A stretch of DNA of 46,079 nucleotides from Planctomicrobium sp. (GCA_035556335.1 DATMFC010000109.1:1-46079), one strand, 5' to 3'. Shown: positions 10,104 to 20,442, counted from the first letter of the stretch. The notes: generated by a model from the sequence alone, not told the origin. Program-made: numbers and translations.

Positions 10104-10652
10104 ATGTCTGATTATCGTCGATGGTATCTTGAAGGAGGAACCTATTTCTTTACGGTAGTGACACAGGATCGCCAACCCCTTTTTGCCGATCCATATGCCA
10201 GAATGTTGTTACGACAGTCTGTGCGATCCGTTTTGCAATCACATCCGTTCAAAATCATCGCTATTGTTCTTTTGCCGGACCATTTACATACGATCTGGTC
10301 TTTGCCGCGAGGCGATCACGATTTTTCCACTCGTTGGCAGCGAATCAAAACTAGTTTCTCTTTTCAGTGGTTGAGATGCGGAGGAATGGAAACGGACGTT
10401 TCCGCTGCCCGAAAAAAACGGGGAGCAAGAGGGGTGTGGCAACGACGATTCTGGGAACATCTGATCCGCGATGAACGAGACCTTGAATCACATTTCGACT
10501 ACATTCATTTCAATCCCGTCAAGCATGGTCTGGTACAGAATCCATGGGACTGGGAATGGTCATCATTTCGAAAATATCTCCGATTGGGACATTACCCAGC
10601 CGAATGGGGTCGAAACGAACCAGACCATATCCGTACGCTTGATTTGGAATGA
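10104..10652 (+). CDS. rayT: REP-associated tyrosine transposase (RAYT / TnpA-REP, Y1 HUH family)
   Basis: MSDYRR..GGTYFFTVVT, LLPDHLHTIW (HUH), VWQRRFWEHLIRDERD, and YIHFNPVKHGLV (catalytic Tyr). Flanked by inverted REPs. Confidence 0.95.
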   Translation: MSDYRRWYLEGGTYFFTVVTQDRQPLFADPYARMLLRQSVRSVLQSHPFKIIAIVLLPDHLHTIWSLPRGDHDFSTRWQRIKTSFSFQWLRCGGMETDVSAARKKRGARGVWQRRFWEHLIRDERDLESHFDYIHFNPVKHGLVQNPWDWEWSSFRKYLRLGHYPAEWGRNEPDHIRTLDLE

Positions 10653-10662
10653 AGCCAAACGA

Positions 10663-10696
10663 TGGTGCATTTCGCTTGCGCTCCATGCACCCTACC
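10663..10696 (-). repeat. REP (GTAG-foot) right of RAYT
   Basis: Exact 34-bp reverse complement of 10029-10062. Confidence 0.9.
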
Positions 10697-10703
10697 TGGA
10701 ATT

Positions 10704-10847
10704 CGTAGGGTGTATGTAGCACGAATCAGGCTCAAGGAAATGGTGCATTCCGTAACTCCCCATGAAAAACAAAGAGAGGTTTCCATTCTCGGGAGACCTT
10801 CGTGTGGAATGCACCACCTCTCCGGGAGTTACTTCATGCACCCTACG
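10704..10847. repeat. Degenerate REP doublet of the same GTAG family
   Basis: CGTAGGGTGTATG (10704-10716) pairs with CATGCACCCTACG (10835-10847). Internal TGGTGCATTCC/GGAATGCACCA and GTAACTCCC/GGGAGTTAC are also complementary. Confidence 0.7.
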
Positions 10848-10848
10848 C

Positions 10849-11265
10849 TTACTGCTTGGAATCCAACTCAAAGCAAAGTTCCTCATTTCTACCGGTCGTA
10901 ATCACAGTCGAAAGTTCCGATTTTGTATTGTATCTTGCAGGAAGATACTGTTCGGTTCCAGGTTCTCCATCCGGTCCAATCAGGCTCTCCGAGATCCTGT
11001 AACTGGTAATCGAAACATTCTTGGGACCCGTCGGCAGTTTTGCTTGAAATTTTCCCTTTGTAATTTCAGCACCAAATGCCGCACCGACTCCATCAGACGG
11101 CACAAACGCAATACTGCCATGTTCCAATGGTTGTCCGTTCCAATTCACCACTCCAGAAACCGAGAACAATGGTGGCCCATCAACCGACGGAGTGCATCCC
11201 ACAACCATGGTCAGAATCGCGGTCATTGAAATCCGTTTCCAATCAAAGCAGGATCGCATTGTCAT
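10849..11265 (-). CDS. Small lipoprotein of the DUF1559-associated type (carboxypeptidase-regulatory-like beta domain)
   Basis: Lipobox VVGC, VSGVVNWNGQPLEHGSIAFVP, and LPARYNTKSEL. Lies directly downstream of a DUF1559 gene. Confidence 0.85.
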   Translation of the reverse strand: MTMRSCFDWKRISMTAILTMVVGCTPSVDGPPLFSVSGVVNWNGQPLEHGSIAFVPSDGVGAAFGAEITKGKFQAKLPTGPKNVSITSYRISESLIGPDGEPGTEQYLPARYNTKSELSTVITTGRNEELCFELDSKQ

Positions 11266-11338
11266 TTTGACCTCGTCGAGATTTCTATCTGTTCAGTGCT
11301 ACCATTCGTTCTGATCTGCTAGCGGAAACGAAATCAGG

Positions 11339-12343
11339 TCAGAACTCCCCGACCAGCTCTCCCATGGCTCGAGTGCCCAGGGCATTAAAGGTACTGGTAT
11401 TGATGTTCTGCGAGACAAAACGAACAGATCCATCTGCAAGAGTGATATGGGCTCCGCCCGTGTGCATACTTCGAGCAGAAAGATTCATCCCCGAAGACTG
11501 ATTCGCTCTGGAGGGAGCTTGAGGCAATCGTTCCGCACATACTCCATATCCAGCGACATCGGGAATCATCGTGTTTGGCGGGTACAAAGCGCTAAACAGA
11601 ACCGTCATATGCACACCGTTCCAGTACAATCCTCGCATATCTCTCCCATTTGTGTTGGGGCAACTCCCACCAGGCGGTTGAGTGCCACCGCTGACCGTCA
11701 GGATCTCTCCCATTAATATTGTGTTAGAAGCTCCATCAGTTACATCCCGTAATGCCGAGTTTGATCGGCAATGAAAAATCCCTTGGGGAGGATCACCTGC
11801 TGCATCCAGAGTTGTATATTGATTGCCCCAGGCCTGTGCCCCGGTGCACCCGGTGTAATTTCCGCAGAAGCCATTGCTGCCATGATCCTTATGGCCGGCA
11901 GACGGATCGGATGGACAAAGCATTGTTCTAACGACAACTTGCGTCAACCCAGGATCAGTTGTCCATGGGTAGACAGTACCGCCGTTTACCTGCGTTACGC
12001 TACTCGTCCATCGATTATAAAGAGGTCCTTGGTCAATATACGGAAGAATCATGGCGAAGAATGTTGCCCGATTCGTCGTGCCTGCTGCTGCCTCATATGG
12101 AGATCCATAACCATTAATCACATTAAACATTCCCGGCGGAAACACACGATGCGTATCATGGTAATTATGCATTGCCAGTCCCAACTGCTTGAGATTGTTT
12201 TTGCATTGCGCGCGGCGTGCAGCTTCCCGCGCCTGTTGCACCGCTGGAAGCAGTAGGGCAACCAGAATTGCGATAATGGCAATCACCACCAATAATTCAA
12301 TTAATGTAAATCCATGCCTTGCTCGTAGTGAGAAGTGATTCAT
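11339..12343 (-). CDS. DUF1559 protein with type IV prepilin N-terminal cleavage/methylation motif
   Basis: [52 protein letters not shown], and [26 protein letters not shown] before the ATG at 12343. Confidence 0.95.
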   Translation of the reverse strand: MNHFSLRARHGFTLIELLVVIAIIAILVALLLPAVQQAREAARRAQCKNNLKQLGLAMHNYHDTHRVFPPGMFNVINGYGSPYEAAAGTTNRATFFAMILPYIDQGPLYNRWTSSVTQVNGGTVYPWTTDPGLTQVVVRTMLCPSDPSAGHKDHGSNGFCGNYTGCTGAQAWGNQYTTLDAAGDPPQGIFHCRSNSALRDVTDGASNTILMGEILTVSGGTQPPGGSCPNTNGRDMRGLYWNGVHMTVLFSALYPPNTMIPDVAGYGVCAERLPQAPSRANQSSGMNLSARSMHTGGAHITLADGSVRFVSQNINTSTFNALGTRAMGELVGEF

Positions 12344-12458
12344 TAATCCGGCTCCTGAAAATGGGTAGAGAGATGACAATTCAGTTCAATATAGAAATCC
12401 AGTTTTGTTCAAACCTGAAGTGAAAAGCAGAGAATAAATTCTGCCAGAATAGCAGCGA

Positions 12459-13082
12459 TCAATCGATCTTCTCTTCCAATAACCGCACCGCATCTTCCAG
12501 CGGTCCGGTGCGGAAGACTTCCAGAATGGCGCGATGTTCTTCATAAATTTCCATCATGCTTCGACAGCGACTTCGCTGCGTTCGACGGAAATGAGACCGG
12601 ATTCGCCCCACCAGCAACTCCCAGATTGCAAGCAGGTCGGGCTGATCCAACCGCTGTAGCAGATGGCGATGAAAAGCGATGTCCATCTCAGCAATCATGT
12701 GCAAGTCGTCTGCTTCGCAAGCCCGTCGCATCTCTTCAAGAATCTGCTCCCATCGACGAAAATCATCAACGGTCAATTCATCAAACAATTCCTTGAGGGC
12801 AAAGACTTCCAGTGTTCGACGAATGGGAATAATCACAGCTCGAATTCCCTTGGGGGCTTCCGGGGCAACAACAGCCCCACAGTTGGGACGAGTTTCCAGC
12901 AATCCTTGCATGGCAAGTCGCTGAACCGCCTCTCGCACCGGCCCCCTTCCAACTCCAAATCTCTTTGATATTTGAGCTTCGGTCAGCCTTTCGCCTTCCG
13001 TAATACGACCTGTCAGAATGTCGCTTCGAATTCTCTCTGCAACATCAACAGCTCGAATCCCAATTTCCTCACCAGTTGACAT
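12459..13082 (-). CDS. GntR/FadR-family regulator (FCD domain)
   Basis: wHTH (LTEAQISKRFGVGRGPVREA) plus FCD residues (DIAFH, EEHRAI). Confidence 0.92.
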   Translation of the reverse strand: MSTGEEIGIRAVDVAERIRSDILTGRITEGERLTEAQISKRFGVGRGPVREAVQRLAMQGLLETRPNCGAVVAPEAPKGIRAVIIPIRRTLEVFALKELFDELTVDDFRRWEQILEEMRRACEADDLHMIAEMDIAFHRHLLQRLDQPDLLAIWELLVGRIRSHFRRTQRSRCRSMMEIYEEHRAILEVFRTGPLEDAVRLLEEKID

Positions 13083-13144
13083 ATCTCCCCTCTCCTGCAG
13101 GGCTCGAGGTGTAACACGGGGCTCTTAACCGAGTCTTGCATATT

Positions 13145-13218
13145 TTGTAATCAACACACGCTTTATTGTCAACAAAAATCCGTTTTATGATTGACAAAAA
13201 ACGAAAATTGTAAACAAT
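13145..13218. promoter_or_regulatory. Divergent promoter region with repeated TTGT-N2-ACAA boxes (candidate GntR operators)
   Basis: TTGTCAACAA (13166-13175), TGATTGACAA (13188-13197) and ATTGTAAACAAT (13207-13218). TTGACA (13191-13196) lies 16 bp before AACAAT. Confidence 0.55.
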
Positions 13219-13284
13219 CATCTTGTGATTGTGGGGAATCTGCACGATTCATGCGAGAGAGGCTTGCGGCCAAGGGAGCATGCG

Positions 13285-16200
13285 ATGGGTGTTTTAAGTG
13301 GGCTTTCTTTCACCTCAGGTGAGACTGCTGCAAAAACCAGTCGGTCATTACTGGTAGCCGTTGTCGTAACCCAATTCCTGATTTTGCATGCATCTCCTGC
13401 TGATTGTTTCGATGCAATTTCCGCCAGTTCAGAAAGCGGTGAGGAGGACATTCGTTTCTTTGAGACCGCTGTTCGTCCGCTTTTGCACGAAGCCTGCGGA
13501 AAGTGCCATGGAGAAAAAACGCAATGGGCCAACTTACGGACCGATTCTCGTTCGGCATTGTTGAAAGGAGGGGATACCGGAGCGGCGATCATTCCCGGCG
13601 ACCCCGACAACAGCTTGTTGATTCAGTCTGTCCGTCGAACCGGTGATTACGAGATGCCTCCGGACAAATCTCTCACCGGCGATCAGATTGCCATCCTTGA
13701 AAAGTGGGTGAAGATGGGGGCACCCTGGGGGCTGAAAGACGCTGCCGTCAAGGATTCTCGTGAAATAGAGTGGAGCACACACTGGGCATTCCAGCCGATT
13801 TCAAAGCCAATCCTGCCAGCCATTTCCGCCACAGACTGGACGCGCACCCCTGTCGATCAGTTCGTGTTGGCGAAGCTGGCGGAATCGGAATTAAAACCTT
13901 CCCCGGAAGCGGACCGTCGCACGCTGATTCGACGAGTTACATACGATCTGACAGGATTGCCTCCATCGCACGAAGAAGTTAAAGCATTCTTGGATGATTC
14001 TTCCCCGGACGCTTACGAAAAACTGGTCGACCGCCTTCTCGATTCCCCTCAATACGGAGAGCACTGGGCGCGGCACTGGCTTGACCTGGCCCGTTATGCG
14101 GATACGAAAGGCTATGTCTATGGCCGCGAAGAAAATCGGTTCGTTCATTCATGGATCTACCGCAACTGGGTTGCCCGAGCCTTTCAGGAAGATTTGCCTT
14201 ACGACAAGTTTCTATTGCTTCAGATGGCTGCCGATCAAGTTGCTCCGAATGACCTGAATGCACAAGCGGCAATGGGCTTTCTGACCCTCAGTCGCCGGTT
14301 TCTTGGGAATTCTCATGACATCATTGATGACCGGATCGATGTCCTGGGACGCACGACAATGGGGCTGACAATCGGATGTGCACGCTGTCATGACCATAAG
14401 TATGATCCAATCCCAACGGCGGATTATTACTCTCTCTATGGAGTTCTCCAAAATAGTGCCGAGCAATATGTCCGGTTGACACCTGTAGCTTCGCCAGAAA
14501 GCGACAATGAGTTTGAAAAAGGATTACAGGAACGATTAGAAAATCTGCATAACGAAATACAAAAGCATTATGATATTGCGGCCGGTCGTGTCCGGGGAAA
14601 AGTGACCGACTATCTTATCGCCCAAACGGAACTGGAAAAATATCCGGATGTGAGCTTCAGCCAGATTTTAAGTGCTGGCGATATTATTCCTTCTTATGTT
14701 CATCGCTGGGAATCTTATTTGCGGCGATCCTGGAAGGAACAAGATCCCATTTTTCTTCCCTGGCATCAGTTTGCCGCGATTCCGAAGGATGAATTTGCTC
14801 AAAGATCGCCCGAAATTGTCAGGATGATTCAGACCGGAGATTTCCCCGCTCATCCCTTAGTGATTTCGCTCTTTGATTCCGCGCCTGCTTCAATGCGCGA
14901 GGTCGCGGAACGCTATGGACAACTTTTTGCCGGCGTTGAGAATGAATGGCAGACCCTGATTATCGCGTCAAAAGAAGAGAAGAAAGATCCCCCGACATCG
15001 CTGTCAGATGAGGACACAGAGGCGTTGCGGCAGGTGCTTTACGGACCGTTGAGTCCTTGTGCATTGCCGCAGGAAGACGGCATCGTGGGAACCGAGTTCT
15101 TCTTCGACACGGGAACGACGATCGCTCTCTGGGAGTTGCAAAAGAAGGTGGATCAATGGTTGATTGACCACCCGGAAGCGGCTCGATTTGCAGTCAGGAT
15201 GATCGATCGGAATTTCATCCAGGAACCGCGCGTCTTTCGTCGCGGCAATCCGGCCACCAAGGGGGATGAAGTTCCCCGCCGTTTTCCGCTCGTCGTGGCC
15301 GGTGAAGATCGTCAGCCGTTTACGATCGGAAGCGGTCGACTGGAACTGGCACAGGGAATCGTCGCCCCAAACAACCCGTTGACGCCGCGGGTCTGGGTGA
15401 ATCGGATCTGGCAGCATCACTTTGGGACCGGGATTGTTCCCACTCCGAGCGACTTTGGAATTCGGGCTCCCCGTCCTGAGCATCTGGAACTGCTCGACTG
15501 GCTCGCTCAGCGGCTAATGGAATCGGGATGGAGTACCAAGGCGATTCATCGGGAGATCCTGCTATCGTCGGCCTATCGGCAATCCGGCTCCGGTCCTGAA
15601 GATCCGCAGGTTCGTCAACGTGCCCAGGAGATTGATCCGGAAAATCATCTGATCTGGAAGAAGGACGCCCACCGGCTCACCATCGAGGAATTCCGTGATT
15701 CTCTTCTGGCGGTCACTGGTGAATTGAATTTGCAGTTGGGAGGACGAGGAGTTCAACTCTTCAACGGGGGTGAAGAGGCTCGACGAAGAACGTTATATGG
15801 TAACATCGATCGGGAAAAATTACCGAACGTCTATCGGATTTTTGATTTCGCAAACCCCGACCTCCACATTCCGGTCCGATCCGAGACTACCGTATCTCAG
15901 CAGGCGCTTTTCGCACTCAATCACCCGATGCTTGCTGAACGCGCGCAGGCGTTGAGAGGTCTTCTCTCCCAGGATCCGGAAGCTTCGGAAGCCGATCGAA
16001 TCAGGCTACTCTTCGAAAAGGTTTTTCAACGTTTGCCCAGTCCAGAAGAATTCTCGGCAACAGCCGCTTTCCTGGCAACAACTGTCCAGAACTCTGTGCC
16101 CAAACCAACACCGAAGCAACTTGCATGGCAGTACGGCTATGGACGAGTCGATCTCTCTTCTGGAAAAGTCATGGACTTTGAACACCTTCCCTTTTTCACC

Positions 16201-16716
16201 GGAACAGCGTGGCAGGGAGGGACAAAGTGGCCTGACGAAAAACTGGGTTGGGCGCAACTCACCTCCACCGGAGGACACCCGGGAAACACGAATGACCGGG
16301 CCGTGATTCGCCGTTGGATTGCGCCGTCGGATCTTCAGATTTCGATTGAGTCCGAGATTCGTCACGACGTCGCCAAAGGAAATGGAATTCGAGGTTGGAT
16401 CGTCTCGAGCCAGAGAGGAGTTCTGAACCAGTTTCAACTTCATAATAATGTCTTGAAGACTGATCTTTCCTCATTAACTGTTCGTGCCGGAGAAAGCATC
16501 GACTTTGTCGTGGACGTCAATGGAGAGCTTGGGTTCGATCAATTTGAATGGCTCCTGATTCTCCGTTCGCAGGAGTCTCAGGTCGCCGGAGATGACTCAT
16601 TACGCGACTGGAATTCGAAACGGGATTTTACAGGACCGCTCGCAAATGCACTTGATCCATGGTCTCAACTGGCACAGGTTCTTCTGCTCTCAAATGAGTT
16701 TCTGTTTGTTCACTGA
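13285..16716 (+). CDS. Planctomycete cytochrome c / DUF1549 / DUF1553 (PSCyt1-PSCyt2-PSD1) protein
   Basis: FFETAVRPLLHEACGKCH (CxxCH), HWAFQP, ADRRTLIRRVTYDLTGLPP, GEHWARHWLDLARYADT, CARCHDHKYDPIP, RVWVNRIWQHHFGTG, and SNEFLFVH. GGGAG RBS before the ATG at 13285. Confidence 0.93.
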   Translation: MGVLSGLSFTSGETAAKTSRSLLVAVVVTQFLILHASPADCFDAISASSESGEEDIRFFETAVRPLLHEACGKCHGEKTQWANLRTDSRSALLKGGDTGAAIIPGDPDNSLLIQSVRRTGDYEMPPDKSLTGDQIAILEKWVKMGAPWGLKDAAVKDSREIEWSTHWAFQPISKPILPAISATDWTRTPVDQFVLAKLAESELKPSPEADRRTLIRRVTYDLTGLPPSHEEVKAFLDDSSPDAYEKLVDRLLDSPQYGEHWARHWLDLARYADTKGYVYGREENRFVHSWIYRNWVARAFQEDLPYDKFLLLQMAADQVAPNDLNAQAAMGFLTLSRRFLGNSHDIIDDRIDVLGRTTMGLTIGCARCHDHKYDPIPTADYYSLYGVLQNSAEQYVRLTPVASPESDNEFEKGLQERLENLHNEIQKHYDIAAGRVRGKVTDYLIAQTELEKYPDVSFSQILSAGDIIPSYVHRWESYLRRSWKEQDPIFLPWHQFAAIPKDEFAQRSPEIVRMIQTGDFPAHPLVISLFDSAPASMREVAERYGQLFAGVENEWQTLIIASKEEKKDPPTSLSDEDTEALRQVLYGPLSPCALPQEDGIVGTEFFFDTGTTIALWELQKKVDQWLIDHPEAARFAVRMIDRNFIQEPRVFRRGNPATKGDEVPRRFPLVVAGEDRQPFTIGSGRLELAQGIVAPNNPLTPRVWVNRIWQHHFGTGIVPTPSDFGIRAPRPEHLELLDWLAQRLMESGWSTKAIHREILLSSAYRQSGSGPEDPQVRQRAQEIDPENHLIWKKDAHRLTIEEFRDSLLAVTGELNLQLGGRGVQLFNGGEEARRRTLYGNIDREKLPNVYRIFDFANPDLHIPVRSETTVSQQALFALNHPMLAERAQALRGLLSQDPEASEADRIRLLFEKVFQRLPSPEEFSATAAFLATTVQNSVPKPTPKQLAWQYGYGRVDLSSGKVMDFEHLPFFTGTAWQGGTKWPDEKLGWAQLTSTGGHPGNTNDRAVIRRWIAPSDLQISIESEIRHDVAKGNGIRGWIVSSQRGVLNQFQLHNNVLKTDLSSLTVRAGESIDFVVDVNGELGFDQFEWLLILRSQESQVAGDDSLRDWNSKRDFTGPLANALDPWSQLAQVLLLSNEFLFVH

Positions 16717-16732
16717 CCGGGAGTAATGATTC

Positions 16733-18148
16733 ATGACAATCTCAAACCATCTCCAGAACATGCTCACCCGCCGCGATCTGCTGACCCGTTGCGGCATGGG
16801 CATGGGAACACTGGGTCTGGCCGGCCTGATTGCAAATCCCGGAGAGACCATCGGTGCATCGAAACAGTTTTCAGAGAAACTGCCACACTTCCCAGGAAAA
16901 GTGAAGCGAGTGATTCACTTCTTCCTGAACGGAGGTCCTTCGCATGTCGACACATTCGACCCCAAACCGATGCTGAAGAAATATGAGGGGACAGCCCCTC
17001 CCGTTTCTCTGACCACGGAACGAAAGACCGGCGCGGCGTTTCCATCGCCATTTGAATTCAAGAAGCGCGGCGAAAGCGGAATCGAAGTCAGCGAACTCTT
17101 TGAGAAAACAGCCGAACATATCGATGACATTGCAGTCATTCGATCGATGACGGCACAGGTTCCCAATCATGAACCCTCATTGATGCTGATGAATTGTGGT
17201 GATTCGGTTCTTTCTCGGCCGAGTGTCGGGACCTGGGTGCTCTATGGACTGGGAAGTGAAAACGCAAATCTGCCGGGGTTCATTGCGATGTGCCCATCAG
17301 GAATGCCTGTGAAGGGGGGAGAGAACTGGCAGTCAGGCTTTTTGCCGGGTGCCTTTCAGGGAACATACATCGATTCAAAACACACTCAACTGGAGAAACT
17401 GATCGAGAATATCCGTAGTCCCCATGCGACGCGCGAGATCCAGCAGCGGCAACTGGATTTACTGGAGATGATGAATCGTCGCCATCTTGAGGAACATCAG
17501 GATCCTCGGCTCGAAGCAAGAATACAGTCGTTTGAACTCGTCTTCCGCATGCAGATGGAAGCGGCGGATGCATTCGACATTTCTCAGGAACCCAAACATA
17601 TTCAAGAGTTGTATGGAGACGGAGTGCATGGACGACAAACACTCATCGCCAGACGATTGCTGGAGCGCGGGGTACGCTATCTCCAGCTCTGGCACGGAGC
17701 AGGACAACCCTGGGATAACCACGAAAACATCGAACCTCAGCATCGCAAACTTTCAGGGGAAATCGATGGTCCAATCGCCGCCTTGATCACAGATCTCAAA
17801 CAGAGAGGATTGTTTGATGACACCCTGATTCTCTGGGGAGGCGAGTTTGGAAGAACGCCGACTGTGGAACTCGGCGGCAGTGGAAGTGTCAAGTATGGCC
17901 GCGACCATAATCATTACGGATTCACGGTCTGGATGGCCGGCGGGGGAGTTCGGGGAGGGACTGTCTACGGAGGAACGGATGACTTCGGATTTAAAGCCGT
18001 CGATCGGCCCGCAAGTGTCCATGATTTTCATGCGACGATTCTGCATCTCCTTGGTTTTGATCACGAAAAATTGACCTATCGATATGCCGGACGGGATTTC
18101 CGTTTAACGGATGTTCATGGACACGTACTCCATGACATATTGGCATAA
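16733..18148 (+). CDS. DUF1501 domain protein (Tat-exported)
   Basis: TRRDLL Tat motif, GGPSHVDTFDPKP, ARRLLERGVR, WDNH, GEFGRTP, GRDHN, and RLTDVHG. Confidence 0.95.
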   Translation: MTISNHLQNMLTRRDLLTRCGMGMGTLGLAGLIANPGETIGASKQFSEKLPHFPGKVKRVIHFFLNGGPSHVDTFDPKPMLKKYEGTAPPVSLTTERKTGAAFPSPFEFKKRGESGIEVSELFEKTAEHIDDIAVIRSMTAQVPNHEPSLMLMNCGDSVLSRPSVGTWVLYGLGSENANLPGFIAMCPSGMPVKGGENWQSGFLPGAFQGTYIDSKHTQLEKLIENIRSPHATREIQQRQLDLLEMMNRRHLEEHQDPRLEARIQSFELVFRMQMEAADAFDISQEPKHIQELYGDGVHGRQTLIARRLLERGVRYLQLWHGAGQPWDNHENIEPQHRKLSGEIDGPIAALITDLKQRGLFDDTLILWGGEFGRTPTVELGGSGSVKYGRDHNHYGFTVWMAGGGVRGGTVYGGTDDFGFKAVDRPASVHDFHATILHLLGFDHEKLTYRYAGRDFRLTDVHGHVLHDILA

Positions 18149-18191
18149 CGCCATTCCGAGATGATCTATTTCTCTTGCAAAGGTTCGATGA

Positions 18192-19223
18192 ATGTCTCGT
18201 GAGATTGTTCGCCCATCTCAACTCGATCTTGATTCCCCCGGTCGTCGCGACTACTGGGTGGCACTGGAGCATGACAGCATTTGGGGAGATCACTTGATTC
18301 CCCTTACCGTCTGGGTTGGCCCTGAGGCAAAGCCGGGAGAAGGCCTGGTCGCGTTCGGTTCGAATCACGGAAATGAGTATGAAGGTCCGTGCGTCCTCAA
18401 AGGACTCACTCGAGAGATTTCATCAGAGAAGGTTCGAGGTCGAATTCTCTTCATTCCCGTGTTGAATCCATCCGCTTTCAAGGCTGGAACCCGGGAGACC
18501 AATCGCCTGGATGACGGTGTGAACCTGAATCGGGCTTTCGTGGATGGAGCCGGTAAAACCCCATCACTCTCAGGGATTACACACCGGATTGCCGCGTTTG
18601 TTCGTGAGTCGATTTGGCCGCATGTCCATATCGTGATTGATCTGCACTCTGGAGGGAATGTGGCCCGGTTTTCTCACTGTGCCAGTTTCCACCCGGTGGA
18701 AGACCCGGTTCTCTCGGCCAAAATAGAAGAGACAGCCCGCTGGTTCGGTGTTCCCAGCATCATGGTTTACCAGAACCAGACTCCCGGCCTGCTGCCCAGT
18801 GAAGCGGAACGTCTCGGAAAAATTACTGTCGGAACTGAACTGGGCTGGGGATGTGCCGTTGATCCGAAAGGAGTCCGTTATGGCCGACAGGGAGTTCTGG
18901 CCGCACTGATTCGAAACAACCTTCTTGATGGCACCATCGAACCGATTGCTCACCATGCGGACGGAACCCAGCGGAAACTGGAAATGGTCGATCGGGACTG
19001 TTTCACTCCCGCTCCGTTCGATGGCCATTATGAACCGCTTCTGGAATGTGGTTCCCCCGTCAGAAAAGGAGACATCGTCGGACTTCTCCATGACTTTGAT
19101 CATATTGACATGGAACCATGGCCCGTGAAAGCGGGAGTGGACGGTGTCGTCTTGGCGCAAGCATGGGTCGCTCCGGTTCCGCGCGGTCAACATATCGTCG
19201 TCGTAGGGAAGGTGATTCGATAA
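18192..19223 (+). CDS. Succinylglutamate desuccinylase/aspartoacylase (AstE/AspA) family deacylase
   Basis: NHGNEYEG (HxxE), NLNRAF, VIDLHSGG, TELGWG, and a C-terminal biotinyl-like domain. Confidence 0.9.
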   Translation: MSREIVRPSQLDLDSPGRRDYWVALEHDSIWGDHLIPLTVWVGPEAKPGEGLVAFGSNHGNEYEGPCVLKGLTREISSEKVRGRILFIPVLNPSAFKAGTRETNRLDDGVNLNRAFVDGAGKTPSLSGITHRIAAFVRESIWPHVHIVIDLHSGGNVARFSHCASFHPVEDPVLSAKIEETARWFGVPSIMVYQNQTPGLLPSEAERLGKITVGTELGWGCAVDPKGVRYGRQGVLAALIRNNLLDGTIEPIAHHADGTQRKLEMVDRDCFTPAPFDGHYEPLLECGSPVRKGDIVGLLHDFDHIDMEPWPVKAGVDGVVLAQAWVAPVPRGQHIVVVGKVIR

Positions 19224-19320
19224 AAATTAACATTGTTTAAAATTCATTTTACTACATAAAAAAAAGACTAAAAATCCTCCATTATCAGATCCCGCCACAT
19301 AAATCATCCCCCGGATTCCA

Positions 19321-20442
19321 ATGAAAATCACTCAAGTTGTCTGCCAGATTCTTCGTATTAAAAATGTTGAGAGCAAAACCGCCAGCAGTCAGGATTCCGT
19401 CCTGATTCGCATTCGGACCGATAACGGTCTGGAAGGAATCGGAGAAGCGGACTCCTCCCCGGAGATGGTCAAAGCGGTGATCGATGCTCCCTTCAGTCAT
19501 AATGTCGCCACTGGTCTGCGCCAGCTTCTGATTGGTGAAAACCCGCTGGAAACAGACCGTCTCTGGGAAAAGATGTATCGACGAACGATGTACTGCGGCC
19601 GCCGGTCCACGACAATCACTGCCATGGCCGCGATCGACATGGCACTGTGGGATCTCAAAGGGAAACATTTCGGAGAACCAATCCACCGTCTACTGGGAGG
19701 CAAGAAGCATGACCGCATCATGGCCTATGCGTCGATTCTATTCGGCAAGAATGGCGATGAAACCAGAAAAATTGGCGAGCGCTGGCGGGAGTATGGTTAC
19801 CGGGCTGTCAAATTCGGCTGGGAGCCGATGGGGGAAAGTGAGGCTGTTGATCGTGATCTTGTTCTTGGGGCACGAAAAGGATTGGGAGACGATGCCACTC
19901 TGCTGATTGATGCCGGATGTGTCTGGGATGCCAGAACGGCTCTCGAACGAGCCAAGGCATTTGAAGAACAGCGAATCGGCTGGCTGGAAGAACCTCTCCA
20001 CCCCGATGACTATGAAGGCTATCGCTGGTTGCGGGATCGTTCCCCGGTTCCGATCGCATCTGGCGAAGAAGAATGTGGACGACAGGCATTCCGTCCGCTG
20101 ATTGATGGGCGATGTCTTGACATCTATCAAGTCGACTTGTCTCGCAACGGGTTCAGTGAGTCAAACTACATTCGACAACGGGTTGAAGAAATCGGCGCCC
20201 GACTCTGCAATCACTGCTATACCAGCCCGGTCACCGTGGCGGCCAGCATTCACTGGCTCAGCACATGCAAGGATGCGTTCATCTTCGAGGACTGCGTTGA
20301 AGATTCCCCATTGCGGCATGAACTGACTCATGAAAAGATTCAGGCGGTCGATGGCTGGATTTCCCCTCCCGACCGGCCGGGCCTTGGTGTGACATTGAAT
20401 GAAGATTTCGTCAAATCAACGCTCATTGCGGAATCGGTCTGA
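19321..20442 (+). CDS. Mandelate racemase/muconate lactonizing enzyme family (probable acid-sugar dehydratase)
   Basis: GLEGIGEA, AAIDMALWDLKGK, metal ligands LIDAG / WLEEP / SGEE, and PDRPGLGV. Confidence 0.92.
   Translation: MKITQVVCQILRIKNVESKTASSQDSVLIRIRTDNGLEGIGEADSSPEMVKAVIDAPFSHNVATGLRQLLIGENPLETDRLWEKMYRRTMYCGRRSTTITAMAAIDMALWDLKGKHFGEPIHRLLGGKKHDRIMAYASILFGKNGDETRKIGERWREYGYRAVKFGWEPMGESEAVDRDLVLGARKGLGDDATLLIDAGCVWDARTALERAKAFEEQRIGWLEEPLHPDDYEGYRWLRDRSPVPIASGEEECGRQAFRPLIDGRCLDIYQVDLSRNGFSESNYIRQRVEEIGARLCNHCYTSPVTVAASIHWLSTCKDAFIFEDCVEDSPLRHELTHEKIQAVDGWISPPDRPGLGVTLNEDFVKSTLIAESV

Noticed and set aside
10029-10696. Classical IS with TIRs, or an IS200/IS605 element with TnpB
   Set aside because: The protein has RAYT motifs, the flanks are GTAG-foot hairpins, and there is no tnpB or evident target duplication.
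19224-19320. AT-rich stretch as a foreign-DNA or att signal
   Set aside because: Short, with no repeat or integrase; most likely a promoter-containing spacer.
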